Shown here piece after piece: positions 38,051-48,378 of a DNA stretch of 64,000 nt; position 1 is the stretch's first letter; every line of letters begins with the position of its first letter. The notes below the pieces were generated by a model. That model had not been told where the DNA came from, did no database searches, and saw nothing but the letters and a program-made list of their open reading frames with translations. This DNA comes from Lama guanicoe. Lineage: Eukaryota. Made by a program: the position numbers and the translations under genes. The DNA lies in the NCBI GenBank assembly GCA_013239625.1, contig MU053873.1, positions 1,068,524-1,132,523 on the forward strand, in the 5' to 3' direction.

Positions 38051-38499
38051 CAAACTAGAGATCTTTAAAACCAGTTTGTTTAAAATCTGCCAGAAGTTGC
38101 CCCCAGCTGGCTAACTGTACACTCTACAGTAGCCCCTTTGTACAAAATGTACAGTCTCTGATCCCTCCAGCCACCAGGCCAGAGCACCAGAAGGCAAAGG
38201 GAGGGGCAAGACCAAGGAAGAACACTGGACTCCCCTCTGGGACGCTTGAGGGGCCAAGTCATTCAAACACAACAGGCCTCCAAAGCAGACTCCGTGTCCC
38301 AGCTGGTCCTTTAGCAACTGCAACCTTCTGGGTTCTCCCTTGAGTTGTCTGAATAAAGAAGCAAGATCCCTAGGGCTGATCCAACTTAAGAGAGAGACAG
38401 ATATCTGGATCTAAAAGTGATAAAAACAGAATAAAAAGGGAACCTCAAAAAAATCTGTCACAACGATTAAAACATCTGAACACCTACCAGATATAAGGA

Positions 38500-38675
38500 T
38501 GTGGTTTCAAATATTAAAGACACATCACATGAACAGATGGACAGATATGTGATACACCAAGTATAGTAAAATGTTAATGGGAGAACATCGATGGTGGGTA
38601 TATGGGTATTCACTATAAAATTCTTTTACTTTTCCTGTATGTCTGAAAATTTTCATGATAAAATATTAAGGGGGT
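38500..38675 (+). mobile_element. L1MC-like 3' end
   Basis: aagtatagtaaaatgttaatg...ggtgggtatatgggtattcactataaaattctttt...tgtatgtctgaaaattttcatgataaaa. Confidence 0.8.
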
Positions 38676-39589
38676 GCACTTTTGAAGAAGGTGGGGAAAA
38701 TCTGATTTGTAGTTAAGAGAAGAATAAAGTCTCCCAGTTTTCCCCTCAAGTAGCTTACAAACAATTTGATACGCATGGACAAAGGCATCTCTGGGGCCAG
38801 AAGAGAAAAGATAGTCCAGAAAGACAGCAGGATTTTAGCTTGAGTTACAAGCAAGAACCCAAGAGAAATCTGGTCTTACATAGGCTGGTTTGGTAGGGAT
38901 GCCCGTAAGATGCCGAGGTGGATGGTAGCCACCATGACAGACTGGCAAATGCCTCAGACCCCACTGATCCCAACCTCTGATGTGGGAAAGATCTTGGGAA
39001 GGAGCTCAACACCCAGCAAGCTGGCTCAGTTTGGAGGACAGCTTCGTCTGTGCAGCTATTTGTCTGGAGGCTTACTAAGCAAGACACTGGAGTATAGCTA
39101 TGATTTTACTCGTGGAGGTGTGTACGGCACAGGATTTCACCAACGTGTGCACTGAACAAACTGCCAAAGGCAGAGACACCATCTTAAGCTGCAAACATCC
39201 AGATTTGCCACCTGTCTGTGATTTTTATTAAAAACCTGGAGAATACTCAGACTAGGAGTGGTGGAGACCCTGGCATTTCTCCATATTGTTGGGGACTGCC
39301 CCTCCCCCACACAAAACCCTGCTCACCAACCTCTGCCCACTGCGGAAGGGACAAATGAGCAGGAATGACCAGAGGAAGCCCACAGACCCCGTGCTTACTT
39401 CTGGTCTGTCTCCCACCTGGCTCACCAGGTGGTTCCTAAAGTCGGACTCATTCGCCAGAGGACGCTGCTTTCAAGACCTCAGGAGCTTCGTCACTTGGGA
39501 ATAAACCCGACCACCCTAAGGGATAAAACTCAGCTGCTCTTAGCAGAAACAGTTTGTCTTTTACGGAAAAAATCTGCACGTCCATCTAA

Positions 39590-40050
39590 GAAAAGTCCTG
39601 CCACTCGTGGCATCCTTGCCCCAGCGCGGACCGCCAGCCCGGAGCGGAGCCCTCCAGATGCCGCGTGCCCTCCGCGGCACACGCTTCACCTCTCTAAACA
39701 AACAAGGGGTGTCTTTGTTTAAATTTTAAAAAAAGAAAGAAAGAAAAAGAACCTGTCTCACTGGCTACGATTACATCAGCAGAGCGCTCTCATTCTTTGC
39801 ATCAATCCGGCTGCTCCGGCCGCTTTGAAGCGCCGGGCGCGCGGCACCCTTTGATCTCGCGGTTCCAGCCCCCGGCGAAGCCGAGCCGACACCAGCGCGG
39901 CGCCCACGCGGGGATCCACCGTCCACCACCCGGCAGCCCAGCCAGCGCCTACTCGGTCCCCGTGGCTCTCCCGCCCAATCCGGACCCAACCCCCGGACTA
40001 GGCTGCCAACGCCGACCCCCAAGTGCACCGTCGATGGCTTTCGGAGTGGG
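39590..40050. promoter_or_regulatory. Small CpG island, candidate intragenic promoter or enhancer
   Basis: Dense CpG and GC (gcgccgggcgcgcggc, ccagcgcggcgcccacgcgggg) against a CpG-poorer background; overlapping GC box and CCAAT at 39970-39979; CCTTTGATCT at 39848-39857. Confidence 0.6.
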
Positions 40051-40129
40051 GGGGGGACACCTTTAACTTAGCGTTAGCCTCTTGCAGAAATAGCACTGGG
40101 ATTATGGGGTTTTTTTTAAAAACTATCTT

Positions 40130-40352
40130 TTATAGGTATTTACAGAGTAAAAAATATTTACAGATTAAAAAATGATATGGCTGGTTTTGCTTCAAAAGAC
40201 CATGAGGGGTGGGGGTACAGATGAAGCAAGAGGGGAAAGAAGTTGACAACTTTTAAAGGAGGTGAGGGTGATTGGTGGTGGAAGGACACTGTGTATAAGA
40301 TACCTACGTCTCCCTGTGAATACATGTAACATTTTTATAAGAACTTGAAAAA
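40130..40352 (+). mobile_element. L1MC-like 3' end
   Basis: aatatttacagattaaaaatgatatggctggttttgcttcaaaa...gggtacagatgaagcaag...agttgacaac. Confidence 0.75.
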
Positions 40353-40871
40353 GAAACTAACCTTAACTCTTTGCTATTTTTAAAAGTTATTCCTCAGACT
40401 TAATTTAGGAAAGAAAAAAGCAGTTTGACACTGGATGGGGTGAGGATGGATCACATCAGACTTTCTGACTGTGCCCCGGGGGCAGTTGCTGGAGACCACA
40501 GGGCCTGTTTCCCCAGGGGATCCCTACAGGGAAAGGGGCGTCAAGTGTCACCCACAACGGGCTCTGCACTGGGTGAAGGATCTCAGGCCTCGTTAACAGA
40601 AAGATGACTATTACAGAATCCATCCCTCCCGAAAAACACCCATAAACACAGCAGAACCAGGAGGAAATACCAAACCCACCCTCAAATCCATTACTTACAG
40701 AAATCAGATTAGAAATGGCCCTTGGAGTAAGCACTCAGGTTGCTTCATTTGGATGACTCTGTCCCTCAAAGGCCTACAGGTGCCTGCCCAGTCACGGGCC
40801 TCCTGACGCCACCATGTGGGGCCACCATCAGGCATGGCATATCTCTGGGCTGCCTCACAAGGCAATTTTGC

Positions 40872-40958
40872 TCCCTGCTGGCCTTGTGGCCTTAGGTAAG
40901 TCGCCTAACCTCTCCCAGCCGGTCCGCACATTTTGTAAAAGGAGAGCTATTAATGACG
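40872..40958 (+). mobile_element. MIR fragment
   Basis: tgtggccttaggtaagtcgcctaacctctc...tgtaaaaggag. Confidence 0.6.
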
Positions 40959-41809
40959 ACTCTGTGGTGTCACCACCTCTCTGCTACATACTTAAATGTG
41001 GAGTAAGAAATGGGGAAAAATGCCAAGAAGGGAAAGGTATATGGAGATGCAAATGTGATTCCACCCACAGCTACAGCTGAACAAGCCACACGCAGATCAG
41101 GCACAAAAGAGTTAACTCGGAGACAGACATGGCCCAGTACTGTTAGGTGTGTTCAAGGCCAGAATTTCATACACACTGGCCAAAAGGCAGAGGAAAGGAC
41201 TGGCAGCCGGCAGAGGAGGGAAAATAAATCCCTCCCGTACAGGTGGATCCACCTTTGGGAGGTCAAACCACAAATTCCAGGGAAGACCACCAACCTCTCT
41301 GAGTCGAGAGCACAGCCACAAACACAAACTCTGGTGGGTCACAGAAACAAAATACAGCATCATAATAGCCAAAAAGATTCAGGGTACTTTTAAAAAAAGA
41401 ACACAACTGTAACAATGTGAGAAGAGAGCCGAGAAATGAGTTCTGGGGAGAAGTTATAAGAACACCGAAATAAAAGCCTAAAAATAAAAGGGCAGCTATC
41501 TGAGGAGCAAAATATAAAGAACAGATTAAAATAAGATGTATTTGTTAGCTTTCATCTTGAGGGGTCCAGGTCCAAAATCCCTACTGTAGACTGATTCCCA
41601 GTAAAATCACACTTTAAAAAAAAATGTACACAACCCCCTGATTCATGCAAGAACGCCTGATTTAAAAGCATATTGATTCTGGCACAGCAAGATCTCAGGA
41701 TCTCTCTGGCATAAAAATCTCTGTTAATCATTTTATTTTATTTTGGAAACTCATTTATGAAGTCTTTCGTTCCCATTAACAGTAAAATCAGATTACAGTT
41801 CCAGATCCA

Positions 41810-42235
41810 CACAGCATCCAACCTAGGCCTGATGGAGTGCTGGTGTGGTACAAGGCAGTTCAGAAGGCCTGCCTCTGACCTCAGTAGGCTCACAGTCCAG
41901 TGAGGAGACAGACACACCCACAAGCCATATAACATATGTTATATGTTCAAAATAACATATTATGAAGTGTCAAATGAGCGATCATATCAGCTTGTTTCAA
42001 GTTCAGAGGCAGCAGAGATGACTGGGTGCTACAATGATCCAGGAGAGCTTCCTGGAGGTGGCAGCCTTCAAAGATGGGCAGAATGTGAGCAAAGAGGTAA
42101 ATAAAGGCCAAAGCCTGTATGGAGGAGCCAAGTGGTTCTAGAGTAGTGGTTCTATTGCAAAGACAGATAGGGACCAAAATGCCAAGGGCTTTAGAATATT
42201 AGTGTAAGACAGAGTTTAGACTCCATCCTATAAAG
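41810..42235 (-). mobile_element. L2 fragment
   Basis: ctgacctcagtaggctcacagtccagtgaggagacagaca...gagagcttcctggaggtgg...gagtttagactccatcct. Confidence 0.75.
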
Positions 42236-43114
42236 TAAAAAACGCAGGTGACATCTGGCAGCCAGGTAGCAGAATTGAAGAGTGGATGTGGCGCCCTAAC
42301 TGAAACAGACCACTGCAAAGTGGGGGGCTTCCTGCTACAAGAGAAATGACTATCCCTCAATGAACCAGAGCAAACCATGTGCTTAGGCTACCAATGTGGG
42401 TTTTTTTGGGTGTGTGGGTGTGTGTGTCCATGTGTTTTAAACAAAGGGGTGAAGATCAAAAGAAACTGTTTGCAAATGAGCGCCCTCCTACTCCTCTGAC
42501 TTGTCACTTCCATTCCTTTCGTCCAGCCTCCTGTTTGAAAGCCAGGTGAAAAGGAGAAGCATGTGGCCAGTGGACTGCTGGCCTGGCCCTGGGTCTGGCC
42601 CCAAGTGTGATTGGTGGCAAATCACTGGAGATTTCCCAGCTCTCCTCCCTCCCTGCCTCCCCTTAACCGAGGAAGGTCAAGGATGGGATCCCAAGTCCCT
42701 TGAAGTAAGTGCCAAATCTGGATCTACACTGGGGAAAGACCAAAAGCCCATAGCTGTGACTCCCAGAGATACAGACCACCCATCCATCCCCAACACGAGG
42801 AACTTCTACTGCAGGAAAGTCACGATTACAGAGCCCTGCAACCACCTTCCCTCCTTTCCAGTGAGAGAGAAAACAGCATTTATGTGACAGAGACGAAACA
42901 GAGAATTAGACATTAGAAAAGCTCCTTTTCAGAAACCACAAAGGAAAAAAGCATTTGTGTTTATTCAACTATAACTGATCAACAAGAATCAACAGAAGAA
43001 CATAATGGTCAGAAGGAACAGAATTCAATGTTCTGCTTCTTTCCCTGGAAACAGTTTCTGACCAGGTTGGGGGCACTAAATTAAATTTCATCCTTCAGCA
43101 CTTACTGTAACTTA

Positions 43115-43352
43115 GAGCTATGGACAGTAGAGGGTCTAAAATCAGCTTGACTGGGTCTGTATTTCCACTGTGCTTTCAGTAGGTAGTAAGACCTTGGGTT
43201 AAGTCATTCACCATTTTAGGCCTCAGTTGCCTCATCTATAAAATGGGGACAAGAGCACTCACTAGCACAGGGCAGTTATGAAGAATAAATGAGATCATTC
43301 ATGTCGGGCGCTTAACGTAATGCCTGGCACAAGTCAGCAATTAATGTTAGCC
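43115..43352 (+). mobile_element. MIR SINE, near full length
   Basis: gaccttgggttaagtcatt...ggcctcagttgcctcatctataaaatgggga...taaatgagat...tgcctggcaca...aatgttagc. Confidence 0.88.
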
Positions 43353-43744
43353 TTGTGACTGTTTAAATCTGTGACCCTCACTCTGTGTCTGAGAGGTAGA
43401 AAGTAATGTAATAAGAAGTAAGAAATCCATGTGATAAGGGCATCTCCCAGGGAAGAAAGGATTGCAAACCCCAGTTCAGAAAGAACTTGTGTGGCCCCAT
43501 CTGTGGGGAGAAACAGGTTGGCATTCTTCTCGAGAATATAACAGCTGCCTCTCCTCCCATCTCGCCCCAACCCCTCCTCGGCTGCAAATACTCAAGGATT
43601 AAGAAGACATTCAAGCTTTGTTCCATCTCATTTCTGCTCTGGCATTCTTCTCTTTGGCCCCTTTTCCCTGACTGCCATTTCTGCTCAACAGCAGGCCCAG
43701 CACCCGAGAAGTATCTTGCACTTTCTCAAGGTGCCCCCAAACCC

Positions 43745-43895
43745 TTGATTTCTCCCGATTTTTACAACATCCCAGCGGCAGGAGCTGCCAGCCCCACTTT
43801 ACCGACAGGGAAGCCAAGGCTCAGAGGAGTCAGAGCATCGTGCTGGGTCTCACCAAGTCGGTCCCAAGTGTCAGAACTCAAACTGCCGACTCTGT
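43745..43895 (-). mobile_element. MIR SINE (degenerate)
   Basis: ttttacaacatccc...ccccactttaccgacagggaagccaaggctcagagg. Confidence 0.6.
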
Positions 43896-45844
43896 ATCAC
43901 CCCCCCACCCCTGAGGTGGGGTCAGTGGCAGCCTTCCTACCCCAGCAGGGGGCCAGAAGCAGGGCTCCCACTTTAGGACCAAGTGGAAACACTCTGACTT
44001 CTTCCCACCAACCCCAGGACACCACCCCAGCTGGAGCAGCCCCAGGGAACTGTGTGGTCAAAGGGACTCCTGCCCACGCCAGGAGCTGCATTCTAACCAT
44101 CTCGCTTGTGGAGAAATACTCCTTTCGCAGAGACTTAAAACACAAACACACAGAGACACACAGAAAGCCAGCTGCGACCTGGTTGCAAGCTGTGAAATAT
44201 GTGAGGAGACCCAACCAGCCTGGTGGGTGACAAGGCTGGGGGCTCAGTAGCCCTGCCAACTCCCTGGAACAGAAGTGCTTTCGAGCCCCACTCCAGGCTT
44301 TATTCTCCACCAGGTTTTACCCTTCACCGCTTCTCCCAACACTTCAAAGGAAGTATTTTTGTACAGCCCAGGGAGGAGTGTAAACTGGCCAGCTGCTTCC
44401 AAAGCAGAGCTGTTAACCCTGAGAGGGCCGCGGCCTCCCGGCTCGTGGGGACTGCAGCCCGGGGCCCCGCACTCCCCCAGGCCTGCCCTCTCGGCCCACA
44501 CAAGGGCAGGCTCTCCAACCACCACAGAAAGGCAGGGCCTCAGTTCCTCTGAGCACGCAAACAGCTAGTTATAAATACCCTCCCGGCTGGAGGTTCAAAG
44601 GCTCCAGCAGTTAGCACTTCAGTGGAAACTCCAGCTAACAGAACAGGCCTCTTTCTCTCTCGCAGTCCCTCCCTGAGCCACGCAAGGAGCTGAAGGGCTC
44701 GAAAGCCAGCACAACAAAACCTGCCCCCCAAAGTCCAACTCCTTCAGGCACGGAGGCCGGGGAGAGCTCACCCTCAGCAGCATTCTAGCAACCGAGCTCT
44801 TTTGGAACATTCTGGATAGCACTCTGAGGGGAGGCGGGGAGGCCCCTTCCCCTGTACTTTGAAGGACAAGCCAGGAACTCTTTCCAAAGGGGCAGGTGAG
44901 GGAAGATTAGAACCCAAGACCCTACCAGGGCTTCTTGAGAGCTTTTACATTCTCTTCAAATTCCTCACCCTCCAGAGGGTGTACGTACTACACCCAGACT
45001 TCGAGTCAGAGTCTTCAGTTCCCTTGTTGAAACTGGAGTGATCCTTCCAGGTGAGATCAAATGGGCAGTGCACTCTCCTGTTCACCAGTGATTTAACTTG
45101 ACAAACTCCTGCACAGCCCACCGAAAACACAGCCACCTAGGGCGGGAAGTTAGATCAGCAAGGCCTTCTCTCAGGAGTCCACGTACTTTGGCATCTTTTT
45201 TTTTTTTTTTCAATCCCCAACCACACCATCTCAAAAGACAGGGGCTCTACTAGAAACCCCACGGTATCCCGGCAGGTCTTCACCCAGTGAGACCCTGGAA
45301 GCACTCAGGTGGGGCTCACCTCCTGCCACCTGGCTGCAAACTTGTGGGCAATCGTGGAGTGGCAGGCAGGTGGGTGTCTGCCCTGTCCCACTGGCAAGAG
45401 CATCCTATAATTTACTGACACTGAAAAGTATGCTATAAATAGTTGGTGTTTTTTAATGTTGTCGAGCCTCCAGAATAGAGGGGGCCTAGCAGCTGTGTGG
45501 GGCCAGGGCTCTGGGCCTCTCAGTGCTACAATTTGGAAATCCTGGGTGGTGTAGTCAAAGCATCTTCAAAGAAAGGAACTCCAAGAGTGTCACACTCCAT
45601 CTGAAGAGACTACAGTGGAAGGAGGAAGTCTGCCAGAACTACCAATTGGGATTTACAAACCACAATTTAGCAGAAGTCAATGGCGTTCAGGGTCTCTTTG
45701 TGGAAAGATCCACAATTCAACAGCAAAAGCGGGAATGGCCAGAATAACCCCAAACCCCTCGCTGCCATTTCTGCCACCTTTGGGCCTCTGAGACACAACA
45801 GGCCATTCCTGATTAAATAAGCACAAGATGATTCAGAGGGCTCA

Positions 45845-45950
45845 TTTAGTCATTCAACAAACTTTTTTGAAAAACTTCACTCTGCTAAGTGCTGAAAATA
45901 CAAAGAAAAAAACAGATAAGCCTTCAACAATTTCTGGTGGAAGAGATGTG
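45845..45950 (-). mobile_element. L2 3' end fragment
   Basis: gtcattcaacaaac...actctgctaagtgctgaaaatacaaag. Confidence 0.65.
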
Positions 45951-46429
45951 GGTAACAAGAAGTAAAACAACGTCCAAAAGTGAAGAGGATACCTTATAAT
46001 TTTAAATCTAATTACACTAGAACTTGGCATAAGAGTATGTACCTAAAAGGAGTTATAGTCAAGTAACTGAGTTACTTCTAGGCTCACCAGACAGCAATTA
46101 TACTTCAAAAGAATAAACACATCTCCACATTTATTTGTTCTTTTGAAATAACTATCCCCACTGACTTTCCCAATACTGAAGTATGAAGAGGGACAAGAGT
46201 GGTGAATAAACTCAGTCAGCACTGCTCTCATGAGGGTGTGTGTGTGTGTGTCAAAGGTTAGACCTACTCAGGCTAAATTAAAGATGAATATATTAAAGAT
46301 GCTACTGAAACTTAGGTTTATTTTTAGTCTTTAAAATTTTTCAAAACATTTGCTGGAGCAGATACTACAATGAATTCAATTGAGAACACAGCAAACAGTC
46401 CAGGGCACTTGACTTGGTCTCTCTTTAAC

Positions 46430-47180
46430 TGAAGCAAGTGGAGAAGACTCCAAGATGGTCAAGGACCTCAAAACCATCTCACATGAAGAATAATGAAGAA
46501 ACCGGGATGCTCAGTAAGGAGAAAAAAACTACTGGTTTTCTAGGCAGTGGTGGGTTGGGATGGCAGGGTAACCGCCTTCAAAGATCTGAAGGGACTTCAA
46601 GTCTTAGTGACTCTGTTATGGGTTGAACCGTGTCTCCCAAAAACCTCTATATTGAAGTCCAACCCCAGGACCTCAGAGTGTGACTATCTGGAGATAGAAT
46701 CTTTAAGAAGTGATTAAATTAAAGATGAGCTCCAATCCAATATGCCTGCTGTCATTGTAAGAAGAGGAAGTCTGGACACAGACAACCACAGAGGGGAGAC
46801 CAAGTGAAGACACATGAAGAAGACAGATGGTCATCTACAAGCCAGAGAGGCCTCAGAAGACATCAACCCTGCCGTCACCTTGATCTTGGACTTGCAGCCT
46901 CCAGAACTGCGAGAAAATTAACTTCTGCTGCTTTAGCCGCTTGGTCTGTGGTACTTTGCTCTAGCAGCCCTAGGACACATTCCAGAAGGCAGAACCAGAA
47001 CCAAGGCACAGAAGTCTGGTTTAGTGTAAGAAAGAACTTTCTGATAACCAGCACCCTGCAAAATGAGGAGGCTTCCTTAAGGACCCCACCCTCAGTGCAA
47101 CAGCAGAGCCTGGGGCCTCATCAAAAGCTACTGAGGCAAAGGGCTGGATGCCCCAGGCTAGGGCGAGCTTAGCCCCTGAC
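46430..47180 (+). mobile_element. L3/CR1 3' fragment interrupted by an MLT1B LTR
   Basis: ccaagatggtcaaggacctcaaaaccatctcacatgaagaa...gccttcaaagatctgaaggg before the LTR; agaaggcagaaccagaaccaa...gtaagaaagaactttctgata after it. Confidence 0.7.
46614..46984 (+). mobile_element. MLT1B-like MaLR solo LTR
   Basis: tgttatgggttgaac...taagaagaggaagtctggacacagac...catctacaagccagagaggcctcagaaga...accttgatcttggacttgcagcctccagaactg...tagcagccctag. Confidence 0.93.
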
Positions 47181-48119
47181 AATATCCATCAGGTAGGTCA
47201 GCCCCAATTTAAAAAAAAAAAAAAAAAAACAAATACTCTAAGAAATGTGACACATAGTTGGAGAATTTAAACTCCTCATCTGGAGTCTCCTCTCAGCATC
47301 AGCCCTGCTCATGTCACATTCTTCCTACAGACAACTAGAGCCAGAGAGCATATTTAATCTTTGTGCGCGTGAACCAGGGTGGACAAACCTGAAAAATGCA
47401 CATCCATTCATCTCAGCCCAGTGCCTCGGCGGCAGGCCCCTCAAACCAGGCAGCCCAAATCACAGCCTAAGAATCAGAGTTGGGGAGGGCGCCATCCCCA
47501 AACCCAGGATCTTAACCCAGCAGATCAGCCAGAGAAAGCTCTCCTTCCAGAGGCTTAACACACACTGCATCCAATTCTAACACACCAACCCTGGGGGAGT
47601 CTAGGAGATAGTTACACGTGAGCACATGTTAAATGCAGGGCCAAGTCTAACAAAAAGTCACCTAGGACTTCCCTGCTCTGTTGCATCTTCCCACAGCTCT
47701 CTGAACTGCCACTCCTTCCCACCCCGACAAAGACCCACAGGACAGGCTGCTTGGAGCTGGTGCTGGCTCACTTTCTTACCGTTTCATACCCGCTTATTTG
47801 TTAAACGATTTCATGAATCTTCCCATCCTAGTCGAAATTAAATTCTTCAAAGAGAGGCACTGCTTCTTGGTTCTTTTATACTCTGACCCCTACTCCATCA
47901 CCCAAGTACAGAGAAGACCACAAACTCGCTAAGCCGAAATGGGAGAAATGGTTCCCTCACAGCTGAAAGGCATTTGGACTGCTCTCAGACGACTATATCC
48001 CAGGGCCCTGTGGGAAGTTGTAAATCATCGCAGTCTTGGCCTTCCATGCTCACAATCCAACGGGGCACTAACTGGACCAGAGCAGCCCCTAAACCAACCT
48101 AACGCCAGCTAGCTGGAGT

Positions 48120-48378
48120 GGAATTTCCCCAGCACCTTGGGGCCTTTGAGAAAAAGGAGTTCTGGGATCAAGTACATTTATGAGATGCCAGCTGAAATAG
48201 AGTTCATTTAAATTCCTTTTCAGCAAGATTTCTCAGAGCCAGTAATCACTACTGTACAGTCTCAATCTCCAAGAGGATGATGATAAACAGCATTCTCAAA
48301 GTTAGTTCACCACTGAACCCTTTCCACAGCATTCTGTAGAACTGGTATTCTTCAGAATATGCCTGGAGAAAAGCTCAT
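48120..48378. mobile_element. MER112-like hAT-Charlie element
   Basis: gaaaaaggagttctgggatcaagtacattt...ttctcagagcc...aatctccaagagg...cagcattctcaaagttagttcaccactgaaccctt. Confidence 0.58.

Noticed and set aside
41870..41915. Resemblance to L2-derived miRNAs (miR-28/miR-151 type)
   Set aside because: Generic L2 sequence with no adjacent inverted L2 copy to form a hairpin.
43115..43895. Inverted MIR pairs (also at 27.6-28.2 kb and 52.9-53.4 kb) as dsRNA formers
   Set aside because: The copies are too diverged from each other for stable pairing.
43487..44230. Longest ORF (247 aa)
   Set aside because: Starts at a non-ATG codon, crosses a MIR-derived stretch (PTLPTGKPRLRGV), and has no recognisable domain or exon structure.
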